Under the pieces are notes generated by a model. That model had not been told where the DNA came from, made no database searches, and saw only the letters and a list, made by a program, of their open reading frames with translations. Position numbers and translations under genes: made by a program. From the human T2T-CHM13v2.0 reference genome, Homo sapiens, in NCBI RefSeq assembly GCF_009914755.1, contig NC_060942.1: 64,000 bases of DNA; one strand, 5' to 3'. Shown here piece by piece: positions 1-60,657 of this stretch; the stretch's first letter is position 1; each line of letters starts with the position of its first letter.

Positions 1-1180
1 ATCCACACAAAATATGTTTTGAACTAATCCATTCTAAATGTCTTAAGAAAAGTACATTTACCGTAATGTTCAACTAACTTGGGGGAGGAAAACATGAAAG
101 TTAAAATTTTCACATCCTGTTAAGACTTCAATTTATTTTAAACAAATCCTTAGTCCTTTGTTGGTAATGGCTACATTTATTTTTGTGCACAGAGATGTAT
201 GAAACAGATTTACTCTAACCCCAGCATAAAGAAGTTAGGAGCCAGAGAGTTAGCTGTGAAACATCTGATTCTCAAGAAGTTCCTTCACCTCTCTGAGTCA
301 TAAGTTTTAGAATTTTTAAAGTAGAACTAATTCAGGAGTGACATGCTATGGCACTGGATGACATATTGGCACCTTCTCTCAAAGTCCTGGGGAAAATGTC
401 TTATAGAAGGAATACTACCTTGAAACTAACTTTGATAGCCTTCAGGGGAGGTTGAATAATACAACAGAAATAAAGTTTGCATTGGCTATTTCTCATTCTG
501 GAAGCTATGATTATCTTCATTGCTGAATAGAAACCAAAGACTTAATAATGAGGCATAAATACTTCTCTATAGGACTCAATTGCAAGGGCACAAATTTAAG
601 GCAGGACTGACACATAGTTTCCTACAATGATTTCTGCAAGTGATTTGGTAAAGCCTCACTTCTTAAATCAGGAGTGCTCCCAGCATGATGGCAAACGAGA
701 AGTATCCCCAAGGTGTGCTAATACCCACATCTAGCTCAAGAGAAAGGAGTGGAAATTAAGACATATTTCCTCCAGATTCAATGATGTAAAAAAGTTTACT
801 GAGAGTATCCCATAGTACAGAGCACAGTTTGGGGCACTTCTGAGCACATTAATGAGCTAAGTCCTCAACTAATTCAGCCACCGTCACTTAAGTAACTGCA
901 TGAGAAAATCCACTCAGCAGCTAAGCCCCAAACATATGGAGAATGTGCTTCTCTCAGCTCAAATAGGCAGTGGTCCTTGGGGAACTGAGAAGAAAGAGTG
1001 TAATGAGGAGGTGGTGACTGTACTGGATCTTGAAGATTGGCACTTGGGAGAGAAGGGTGAGAGATGCTACCAGAGGGAGAGGGGGCATTTTGGACCACAG
1101 AAGGAACTCTACTATTTGAGCCAAATTTAATACCAAACCTCTCTTTCTAGTCTCCAAATAACCCTTTATGCTTATATAGG

Positions 1181-1576
1181 TGTGGAAAAAAAGTTAGATA
1201 TTACATTTGAACTCAATTGAACATGGACACAAACAACGGTCACCAAGTCCCAGAACAGGTCATGTGAGCCCCTTGAGGAATTCATCCAGCACTGTTTCGA
1301 AGAAATCTCTATTTCAATCTACACCTATACGTTAGTTATTGAAAAACAACAGACAGTCGCAAAAACAAGTTGACCTTTTGTGTTATCTGAGCCCAGTCTC
1401 GAAGGGCCCTCGTGACTGGGCCTCATGCCGAACAACTGGTTACAAAAAGAGCTAGGGTCCCAGACTGCAACGAAGCTTCAAGAGACATCTTCTTGTCTGT
1501 GTACAGATGAGTGGCCGACTCTGGAGCCCAGGCTGTTGCTTCTCAGCCTGGTGATGAATCCTCCATAGTCTGAGGA

Positions 1577-1643
<67 letters not shown>

Positions 1644-1854
1644 CACACACATATACACACATATACATATATATCTTTTCCCTTCTCCCCTTCCCATTGC
1701 AATTTGCTTATTATATCAATTTTCTTATTATATCATTGACTTATTGTATCATTTGTTTATTATATCTGCATTGCCATTTACGTGGGATAAAGGTTGTTTA
1801 CTCCTAAAAGTACTGTGCGTGGCTTCTCCCCTCACAGGTCTCCCACACAGAACA
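1181..1854 (+). mobile_element. 5' LTR of provirus
   Basis: TGTGGAAAAAAAGTT...CACAGAACA, homologous to 4995-5557; contains an expanded GT/AT microsatellite. Confidence 0.93.
1577..1674. repeat. Compound (GT)n/(AT)n/(AC)n microsatellite within the 5' LTR
   Basis: Directly visible. Confidence 0.95.
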
Positions 1855-1858
1855 TTTT

Positions 1859-1876
1859 TGGCGTCACGAACAGGAT
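1859..1876 (+). promoter_or_regulatory. Primer-binding site complementary to tRNA-Ser(CGA)
   Basis: TGGCGTCACGAACAGGAT, 4 nt after the LTR end; reverse complement of the tRNA-Ser(CGA) 3' end ATCCTGTTCGTGACGCCA (tRNA sequence recalled from memory). Confidence 0.85.
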
Positions 1877-2339
1877 CTGAAAGCGAAAGCATGCCATTTT
1901 CCACCACAAGGACCGGGCTGGGAGGTCCCCATATTCCGGGATGGGAACTCCCCAACTTCTCCTCCTTGGCCATTGAGTGGTCCAATGGAACTGGCCTTTG
2001 TGAAAATTGGGAATCTAAATTAGTGCATTTTGAACCATTGGCTGTGCATGAGGTGCTGCAGGGAATCCCAGTTGGTAAAGTGGAAACTGAGGGAATTTAC
2101 TGGCATGGATGGTGCTTGCTTACTGCTTATAAGTTAATGTGTCAAGATAGGAACAATAAAAATGTAAGCTGGAAAAGGAAAATGCTAATTTGATTTCCAA
2201 ACTGGCCCTGGCCCAATGCCAGGCCTATGTCTTGATGGATCAGGCTCAAATCTATCAGCCTATTGCTGAAAAGGCAGCTATTCAAGTGGCCCAGTCAGGG
2301 TAAAACTGAAGAACTAGTCAGCCAGGGATCAGAACAGGT

Positions 2340-3600
2340 AAAAACTCAGCTCCTGTCTCAAGAATGGGAAATTAACCCCAGTAAAATTCAAGGACCTACA
2401 CAAATTGTAAAATTTCTTGGCATCCTATGGAATGCAGGGAAATAGTCCATTTTACCAAAGGCTAAGCTAAAATACTAAAATGTGCAACCCCTACCATTAA
2501 AAAGGAGGCTCAGAAATTTATTGCCTTGTTTGGATTCTGGAGACATCATATTCCCCACTTGGGTGACATTTTACAACCTCTTCAGGCAGTCACTAGAAAA
2601 GGCTATGACTTTCACTGGGGAGAGGAAGAGAGCATGGCTTCTGAACAAGTTAAACAAGTGGTGCAACTGGCCCTGGATTTATGGCCCATACAAGATGGAC
2701 CAGTAGAACTGCAAGTAACTGTCCTAGATCAACATGCTAATTGGAGCCTCAGCCAGGAACAAGATAGGAAGAGGGTACCTTTGGGGTTTTGGACCTGGAA
2801 ACTGCCAGAGGATGGCAAAGTTTATACACCTTTCTAGAAGCAATTGTTAGCTTGCTATTGGGCTTTGCTGGAAATGGAGCACCTCTGCTTCAACCATGAT
2901 ATCTTTATGAGGCTTGAAATTCCTATTATGACTTGGGTCATGAGTTCCCCCAAAGCTCACCGGATAGGGCACACCCAAGAAAGTAGCATCATCAAATGGA
3001 AATGGTACATACAAGACCAGGCTAAGCCAAAACCAAAGGGGGTATCACTTTTACATGAGGATATATACAAAACTTGCCAGCTCAGGAAACCACCAAGCAA
3101 GTCCTACAGATAGGGAAGGAAACCTCCCCCGCCCAATGGGGCAAATCCTTTAAAGAACTAAGCCCAGAGGATCAGAAACATGCTTGGTTTACTGATGGAT
3201 CTACCAAATACATTGATGGGACCCGATGCTAGAAGGCCATGGCTCATAACCCTGTTAAAAAGCATAAGCATTTCTGATGAAGGAAGGGGTGGGAGCAGCC
3301 AGCTGGCTGAACTAGTAGTGGTCCTCTGAGCTATTCAGGAGGAGGCCAGAGGGATTTGCCACTTGAATACCAACTCTTGGTCAGTAGCAAATGTTCTTAC
3401 CACCTGGATGCCCCAATGGCAACAAAACAAATGGTTAATTGGGAATGAAGAGGTTTGGGGTAAACAATACTGGGAAGATATCTGAATCCTGGCACACACT
3501 ACCATTATCACTGTTTTCCATGTTGATGCTCATGCGTCTGTTTGCTCTTGACAGACTATTTCATCAGCAGGCAGATCAACAGGCCAAAATTTCCACCATA
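2340..3600 (+). pseudogene. ERV pol remnant: RT C-terminus/connection plus RNase H; broken by stops and frameshifts; YxDD and integrase core not seen
   Basis: WEINPSKIQGP..VKFLG, FGFWRHHIPHLG, PLGFW, LLACYWAL, AWFTDGS (~3182), SSQLAEL, HVDAH (~3519); ERV-L-type motifs. Confidence 0.9.
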
Positions 3601-3639
3601 ACTGCAAACTTGAATGTGGATGAATGGATTACAACATGT

Positions 3640-3860
3640 TCAAGACTTGCAATGAGAGGCTTTATAATGTATGGTGGTATAATTGATAGTGCTTACCGGG
3701 GAGAGTTAAAGGTCATTTTATACAATACCACTCCAGATTCTTTTGCTATAAAACCTCAGATGCAGGTTGCTCAATTGTTAGTGGAACCTTGTCAGCAATT
3801 AACCCCTGAGGAAATCTGCCCCAACAGAGGCTACATGCAGAACTGGGGGATTCAGATCCT
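3640..3860 (+). pseudogene. ERV dUTPase remnant
   Basis: GGIIDSAYRGELKVILYN (motif 3), VAQLLV (motif 4) and a frameshifted RTGGFRS (motif 5) at 3839-3859. Confidence 0.88.
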
Positions 3861-4039
3861 GGAGCCAAAATCCTGGAGCCAAAATATGGGTACAGCGTCC
3901 ATCAGGTCCCACCCTTAAGACTGGTGACCTTGTAGCTATAGGAGCAGAAAATGAAGCACACTACAATTTCCTAAAGATGAAAAACAATATCATGTTCCCC
4001 TCTGTTTTTGTTATCACATGGAATAACCTATCTACTAAT

Positions 4040-4930
4040 GGTCAGCACCTGTGTCTTTGTGTCTGACGCCAAGATTAAATTCATCAACTGGGTAGCCACC
4101 GCTGCAGAGGAAGCCAACCACAGTCAATGTTGGCTATGTGGGAATGAGCTACCTTGGAGAATCCTCCCTGCTAACATTTCTGAATGACTATGTCGCTACC
4201 AATGGGACCACAACAACAACACTTGCAATCCAACCTGGACTTTCTTTGACCAAACCAAGCCTTGGTACTCTGGGGTTTCTCCTGCCAGACAATTGTCAAC
4301 ACATGCTCCAAATCAACAACATTACCCCCAATGAAACACAATCTCTTTCCTACTTTTATAACACATTAGTACACTATGATTACAGTAACTCCATTGCTGT
4401 CCCCTGCGGGGCCCTCTGGGTATGCGGATCCTATGGGTAGCGATACCTGCCCCCATATTGGATGGGGATATGCACTTGGGGGTGGCCATTAATTCCATTC
4501 ACCATCCGGGATAATATTCCCCTCCCCAGTAATCTAGATGCTTACAAACATCCCTGGTTAGAATGCATCCGACTCCGTAGGGGTGGTATCCTATCACAGC
4601 ATTCTCCCCTGCAGCTGATACAATCCTGCTTCAGCAACAAATTAAAACATTAAGCTCACTTCTAAGAAAAGCTCTTAATGATAGTAGCACTGGATGTATG
4701 TTGTTATCAGATGAATTTGCTCAGCTATGTACTGTTGTGTTGCAAATGGAAAGGCATTAGATATGCTTACTGCAGCCCAAGGAGGGGTTTGCACCTTACT
4801 GCACTGGATGTTATGTGTATATCCCTGACAATTCTCACAATATTACTCTCCTTGCAAAGCCATGATGGGTGTGTTATTAATTTTGCTTTTAATTCTCCTG
4901 TGCTTACCCTGTATCTGTAATCTCTATCAA
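4040..4930 (+). pseudogene. ERV env remnant (SU CWLC motif; TM immunosuppressive-domain-like segment)
   Basis: CWLC at 4128-4139, ALWVCGS, ALDMLTAAQGGVC at 4754-4792, then CYVYIPDNSHNIT. Confidence 0.85.
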
Positions 4931-4994
4931 CTATGCCTTCCCCATGTATCTGTAGGGGTATTTTCCTGCGATTGAGTATCAGATTGAAGCCGAA

Positions 4995-5557
4995 TGTGGA
5001 GGAAAACTTAAATATTAAATTTGAACTCAATTGAACATGGACACAAACAATGGCCACCAAGTCCCAGAACAGGTGGTGTGAGCCCCTTGAGGAATTCATC
5101 GAGCGCTGTTTCAAATAAATCTCTATTTAAATTCCTATTTGTTAGTTATTGAAACACAACAGACAATCGCAAACACAAGTTGACCTTTTTGTGTTCCTTG
5201 AGTCCAGTCGGGAAGGGCCCTTGTGACTGGGTCTCATGCCAAACAACTTGTTACGATAAGAGCTAGGGTCCCAGACCATGAGGAAACTTCATGAGAATCC
5301 TCTGTAGTCTGGTGAGTGTAGTGTCCGACTCTGGAGCCCAGGCTGTTGCTTCCCGGTGTGGTGGTGAATCCTCCACAGTCTGGTGAGTGTACCTATAAAT
5401 ATATCTTTTCCTTCTCCCCTTCCCATTGCAATTTGCTTATTATATCATTTGCTTATTATATCCGCGTTGCCATTTAATTGGGATAAAGGTTGTTTACCCT
5501 TAAAAGTATGGTGTGTGTGTCTTTTCTTCTCCCCTTGCGCCTTTCTCGCACAGAACA
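4995..5557 (+). mobile_element. 3' LTR of provirus
   Basis: TGTGGAGGAAAACTT...CACAGAACA followed by TSD ATAGG. Confidence 0.93.
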
Positions 5558-6778
5558 ATAGGCTCGTCCATTACTTTCAGTCGTTACATTTCTTGGAAGT
5601 TTCGTAATCCGGTGCTGATTCTAGTGTTTGGATGCCCATACTAAGTTTCTGCTTTTCAAGATGTCAATTTAACATCTCACCTCGCAATCACGTTGTTCTA
5701 ATTTTAACAATTATTTATTGAACCCTTAAGTTCTAGACACTGCAGAATGCTTTACCTAAGATTTTCCAATTTCGTTCTCAAAACTTCCCCGTGCGTTGGT
5801 CGCTATTAACTCCATTTGACAGATCTGGAAACTGGGGCCCAGAGAGGCTAGTCCAGGCCACTCAGCTAGTCACTCTTGGAGCGGGGCCTCTGATCTAGCT
5901 AGTGGTGTAATAGAAATTGTAAATCATTTCAAAGAATATATATATTTCCCGTAACACCCTAGAGTTTTCTCCTAGCCCAAGAATTGTCCTTTTTGACCTC
6001 TGGTGATTGTTTCTCCTTGAGCCAGATAAGCTGCAAACCTGTTGGAAGCAGTGAAGGGCCATAGGGAAGAGCAGCCTTTGGGGAGACAGCCACCTGAAAT
6101 TCTGCTCCACAACCTCCGCTCCAGGAGAGCGGGCCGAACGCACCGCGGTCGCAGCTTTCCTGAGGACACGGGTCCCCATGTCACTAGCGACACCTGCGCT
6201 CCGGGCCCAAAGCACAATCACAAAGTGCGGGACCTTTGGGCGGTGCTGGGCGGCCTGGCCCCGCAGCCACTGGGCCGGTTGGTCCCGCAGGACTCTGCTC
6301 CGTGGAGCTTTTGTCCTTGGGCCGGGGCCCTGCGACCCGCGCTACCCAGGTCGAGCCCCGCCAGGAGGCTCCCTCCTCCCGCCATTCTCCAGAGAGTAGG
6401 GGGTCGGGAAGGAGAGAACGGCGGGGCGGGGCCTGCCACCCACAGTCCCCAACCCAAGGACGTCACGGTCCCAGGTGCGAGTGCGAGCGGGCGGGAGTCC
6501 ACCCCGCGCCTCCCTCCTCTGCTGAACTCCCCACCTCTGTAAAAGCGGCCCGGGCCGGCCCCCGGCTCCATTTTCTCGCGGCGGCCACACCTGGAGCCGC
6601 GCCTTTGGGTTGGGCTGGGCTGGGCCGCGCAACCGCCACGGGAAGACAGCCCTCGGGGCGGGGAGGGAGAGGGTGGCCGGGCCGGGGGGAGGCCGGGGCC
6701 AGGGAGGAGCCGAGTGCGCGCTCGGGGCAGGCGGCGGCGCGGAGCGGTGCGGCGGCGGGAGGCGGAGGCGAGGGTGCG

Positions 6779-55268
<48,490 letters not shown>

Positions 55269-55915
55269 ACAGCAGTCAGCCACAAACTGACCCAGAGTTT
55301 AATTAGCAGTGACTAATTTCATGTTTCCAATGTACCTGATTTTTCATGAGCCTTACAGACACACAGAGACACATACACATTGATCTTAAAATTTTTCTCA
55401 GTCACTGATATGCAAAGGACCACACTGTCTCTGCTTCCAGGAGTATTTTAGAAATGTTCCACAATTTACTGAAGACATAGAGATGATGCTGCTGCTTAGG
55501 TGCCTTTTAGCAAGCTATGCAAACAATCCTGATAAAACAAGATACATAGAGAGTCAATCTGGCTTCTGAGAATTTACCAAGTGAACAGAGTACCTAGTTC
55601 ATCAGCCGTCCAGTAAAGCAACCCAGGAAACTGACTGGGTCTCTTTGCCTACCGTATTAACATTAAACATTGATGTTCTGTATTCTGTACTTTACTGCAC
55701 CCAGCAGACTTTCAACAACTCATTGATCCAAAGATACATGCACAGTCTGAGCACCAGCTATGGTGCTCATAACTTCTTTAAGACTTGAACCCTTTCAATC
55801 TGTGTGATTCATTAAATTGGACCATTGATGATGAGAATACACATTGTATGTTTCTGTGCACATGACAGTGTGTGTGTGTGCACGTACATACTGTATAGTC
55901 TTAAAAATAGCATTA

Positions 55916-56233
<318 letters not shown>

Positions 56234-57355
56234 TTATACCTCTTCCTTGTCTCAACCGCCATGAAAATTCTGAACACTCCAAATTCAGTTGAATAATCCA
56301 AAACAAAATTTATAAGTATAAAATAATTTTACTTCTTATAGTAATAGTATACTTTAAAAAGCCTCAGGGTATATTATCTTCTAAACAGCTACAATTCAGT
56401 GCAGCTACATTAACCAACTATGTTCTCTAGTTGAGAACAACTAGGCCTATTTCACTGCTGTGTAGCCTCAGTGCCTAACATGGGTGCCAAATAAATATTC
56501 GTAGAATTACACTGAATTGTAAAAACCATTCGTTTTTGTTTACAATTGCCAAAAATCTCAAAAGGCCCTGTATTTATGTAATTCTTTGAAATTATTATTT
56601 TATTTTGATTTCTCAGTTATTGACTGGCTGGGTGTGACTTAGTACATAAGTACTCAATATTATAAAAACCTCAAATAATTGACTTGATTTTACACAACAT
56701 CCTTCCCTTTTCTACAAGTTAATTTTTTTACAAATCATTTGGGTTATCTCCTAAATAGGTTATATTTTATTGCTTCTAGAAACAATGTTTCAAAATATAT
56801 GTGCATTATCAGTAATAATTTGTATAAATATTTCCCACAACAATTTTCATAATTTTCAAAGACTAATTTCTTGACTGAAGATATTTTGCTAGGGAAGTGA
56901 AACTTTAAAATTTTGTAGATTTTAAAAAATATTGTTGAATGGTGTCATGCAAAGGATTTATATAGTGTGCTCCCACTAACTGTGTACAGATCAGGACACA
57001 TATTTTTAGACATCTAAGTCTGTAGCTTAAATGGAGGTTACTCTTCCATCATCTAGAATTGTTTACTTAGTAATTGTTGTTTCTTTTATTATTATAGACT
57101 TACTATCAGTTTTATTTTGCCAAGTATGCAACAGGCATATCACTAGTATATGAAAATGTAAATATCACTTGTGTACTCAAACAAAAGTTGGTCTTAAGCT
57201 TCCACCTTGAGCAGCCTTGGAAACCTAACCTGCCTCTTTTAGCATAATCACATTTTCTAAATGATTTTCTTTGTTCCTGAAAAAGTGATTTGTATTAGTT
57301 TTACATTTGTTTTTTGGAAGATTATATTTGTATATGTATCATCATAAAATATTTA

Positions 57356-57361
57356 AATAAA
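57356..57361 (+). terminator. Candidate polyadenylation signal AATAAA
   Basis: AATAAA preceded by TGTA elements and followed by a T-rich tract. Confidence 0.65.
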
Positions 57362-57501
57362 AAGTATCTTTAGAGTGACCCTTTCCCCATAGATTTTTAT
57401 TTCTCTATTATATTTTACAAGGAATATAACTCAGTTTGTTAGGGAGAGTGCCTTAAAGGCAGGTGTTTCTTGGACTTTGTTATTTAATTAGATCTGCTTG
57501 C

Positions 57502-57507
57502 AATAAA
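57502..57507 (+). terminator. Candidate distal polyadenylation signal AATAAA
   Basis: gcAATAAAaaa, last canonical hexamer before the downstream LTR cluster. Confidence 0.55.
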
Positions 57508-57929
57508 AAAAGTTATCGGTTATCTAAAATTCAAATTTATCGGGGTACTTGGCATTTTCATTGTCCAACTCTGGCAACCTTGTTCCTAAGGAAGTGAAGG
57601 TTGCTCTCTGCCCAGAGTAACACTGGAGAAATCTGTTGGGTCTGGCAGAAGAAGGCTAGTATATCTAACCCAAAGAGATGAAATCATTCTACCAATGTTT
57701 GAGAGGCTGTTTTAATTGCTTGTTATAGTTTAGAAGGGAAAAGATCAGAGTTGCTGCTATAAGAGAAGAAAAACAAATTTTCTTCTAGGTCCCCAGCTGG
57801 GGCTCTGTAACAAAACACAGATTAACAAGAGAAAAACAAACATTAGTCTGTTAACATGTGTATCTCATGCATGCTTTGGAGTAACTGGAATGAGCAGCTC
57901 AAAGGGGTGGTTAGAACTTGGGTGTAAAA

Positions 57930-58325
57930 TGTTAAAAGAAGAGCTTTAAACAAATTAAATCTAACAGTTTACTTAAGCAAAGAAAGGTTCACAAAATTGG
58001 GCTGCCCTGGAACTAGAAAAGGTTCGGAGAACTCTATTCTACAATAATGAGCAGGCCGTATTCATAGACAGAAAATGGAAGTGAGGTAGGGAAGCTGCTT
58101 GATTGGTTACAGCTGAGCCTTTGCCTTATTTGGAGGTGGGCTGATCAGTTGGCAGCCAGTGACTGGCTGAAACTCAGCTGCTGTGATTGATTGACGCTCA
58201 GCTATGTATTACAAAAATATACTCCTAAATTAGGCTTTCAGTTCATTTATGTACCAAGCTAGGCTGCAGTTCGTCATGTGGGGACTCAAGGTATGGAGGC
58301 AGCCTCAGGCCCAGTTTAATTTAAT
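57930..58325 (-). mobile_element. MER57-like ERV1 LTR nested in another ERV1-type LTR (~57760-58670)
   Basis: tgttaaaagaa...ggaagtgaggta...gattggttacagct; reverse-complement similarity to the 59200-60243 element. Confidence 0.7.
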
Positions 58326-59199
58326 AATATACCAACTTGGGCTAAAACATAGGAAAGGGGATTAGGGGCTTCTGGGCAGGGGAAACAAGTTATGGGAAGG
58401 TGACCAGGAAAAGTCTGGTAAGCTTGAGTAAGATTTGTCATGCAGATTTAAATTAATCTCTTTGTCACTTATAGTCATCCCGTGTTTCCGGTACAGAGGG
58501 AGACAGCCTTACAAATGGACATTTCCCTTATAAATGTAAATCCCTTTACAAAAGGTAAACTTACGTTCTGTCTTCAGAGTTTCTCCTGCGTCTGCTATTT
58601 CTCAAAATAATCAGCTCAAAATAATCCTTATACTAAAAACGTATTTTGGGGGCTGTAGCATATTCTAGTCGACACTGCCGGTAAACTGGAATGTCTCATG
58701 AATGAAGATTTCACGACAATGGCACATCAGAACATCCTAAAGCATGAAGACTGGTTTATTCCTGCGTGACTTCAGTTCCCACTCCCAGTGGCACATGGAG
58801 CTAATTCTGGTTGATCTCTGCAGACCATATTCCAATCACCACCACATCAAAATGTCTACAGTAGGACGTTGCTAACCAAATATCACCTAAAAATGAGACA
58901 TTTCAGATCATTAAATCTGACTTTCTTAAAGGACCAAAATTTATTAGTTTCATTATGTTTTATTTTAATCCTCTATATCATTCCCAATTACTTTGTCTAC
59001 TGTTTCCATTAATTACTAAGAGGTTGAAGTCTCCCAAGTGTGGCTTTGCTTATTTCCCCCTTTAATTCTTTCTATTTTTGTTTCCTGTGTTTTGAAACTT
59101 TTTGCCTGTGTTATTAGGTACAAGTACATTTAGGATTACTGTGTTCCTGAAGAACTGATCTTTTTATCGTTATGAAATGCCTCTCTTCATCTCTGTTTA

Positions 59200-60243
59200 T
59201 AACTGCTAATTACCTTTAGCCTAAAGCTGCCTCCTTACATTCTTTTCCTTTTTTTTTTTTTTTTTTTGAGACGGAGTTTCAAGTGAGTGAAATGGCGCAA
59301 ACTCGGCTCACCACAACCTCCGCCTCCCAGGTTCAAATGATTCTCCTGCCTCACCCTCCCAAGTAGCTGGGGTTACAGGCATGCGCCACCACGCCCAGCT
59401 AATTTTGTATTTTTAATAGAGACGGGGTTTCTCCATATTGGTCAGGCAGGTCTCAAACTCCCGACCTCGGGTGATCCGCCTGCCTTGGCCTCCCAAAGTG
59501 CTGGGATTACAGGCGTGAATTACCACACCTGGCCCTTGTTACATATTTTAAGTTTGGCCTGAAGGTTTCTCCATACTTAGTGAACTATAACCTAACTGGA
59601 TGTGTAAACAGACTGTAACCTACTCTTGTCTGAGGCAATCACGGCCGCAATACTTCAACCACTCACAGGCAGCCAACTGTTCAAACTGCATTCAAATAAG
59701 GCAAACCCTGAGCTGTAACCAGTCCTGCTATTCTGTACCTCACTTCCTTTTTCTATCCATAAATCCTCTCTGACCACGTGGCAGCGCCAGCGTGGCTCTG
59801 AATCTACTCTGGTTTAGGTACTGCCCAATTTGCAAATTATTCTTTGCTCAATTAAAGTTTGTAAAATTTGTTTATATATTTATTTATTTTATTATTTTGG
59901 AGATGGAGTCTCACTCTGTCACCCAGGCTGGAGCGCAGTGGCAGAATCTCCGCTCACTGCAACCTCCGCCTCCCAGGGTCAAGTGATTCTCCTCAGCCTC
60001 CTGAGTAGCTGGGCTGGGATTACAGGTGTACGCCACCACACCAGGCTAATTTTTGCATTTTTTTTTTTTTTTTTTTTTTTTAGTAGAGATGGGGTTTCCC
60101 CATGTTGCCCAGGCTGGTCTCGAACTCCTGGCCTCAAGTGATCCACCAGCCTCAGCCTCCTAAACTGCTGGGATTACAGGCGTGAGCCACCACACCCAGC
60201 CAACTTTGTAAAATTTAATTTGCCTGAAGTTTTTCTTCTAACA
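59200..60243 (+). mobile_element. MER57-like ERV1 LTR interrupted by two antisense Alus (59241-59534 and 59870-60201)
   Basis: tttagcctaaagctgcctccttacat...ctgtacctcacttcc...ctcaattaaa...tttttcttctaaca. Confidence 0.8.
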
Positions 60244-60657
60244 CATTCTTTGTCTTGAAATCTACCTTGCCTAACATTAATACAGCCATACCAGCCTTCT
60301 TATGGTTAGTGCTTCCGTGGTATATCTTTTTGATCCTTTTGCTTGACACCTGTCTGTGCCTTTATAGTACATTTATTGTAAACAATATACAGGTAGGTCT
60401 TGGCTTTTCCCATTTTGACAATTTCTGACTTTTATCAGAAGGTTTTACAACAATTATTTATATGGATAAGTTTAAGCTTCCATCTTTGTATTTGTTTTAT
60501 CTTTGTCCACCTGGGTTTTCTGTTGGTTTTTTGGTTTTCTCCACTCTTGTTTCCTGACTTCTTTTGTGTACTGCATGCTTTAGGATTCCACTGTAGCACC
60601 TCTATTGACCTTTCACCTACACCCGCTTGTGTTTACTTTTTAATTGGTTGCTCTTAC

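Larger units (their letters stand above)
1181..5557 (+). mobile_element. Internally deleted class III endogenous retrovirus (ERVL/HERV-S-related; resembles HERVL66/LTR66 from memory)
   Basis: Two homologous TG...CA LTRs; TSD ATAGG at 1176-1180 and 5558-5562; PBS, pol, dUTPase and env remnants. Confidence 0.93.

Noticed and set aside
900-1130. ORF containing EEVVTVLDLE, resembling the end of a SCAN domain
   Set aside because: Only about 10 residues match, with no SCAN core (LRELC..WL, EQFL) and no zinc fingers; probably chance or decayed repeat sequence.
1452-2193. ORFs with VCVC/THTH/YIYI runs
   Set aside because: Translations of the LTR microsatellite, with at most a broken gag remnant.
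3439-3918. 159-aa ORF as a possible domesticated dUTPase gene
   Set aside because: Starts at a non-ATG codon, lacks motifs 1-2, has motif 5 out of frame, and is fused to out-of-frame RNase H sequence; treated as a pseudogene.
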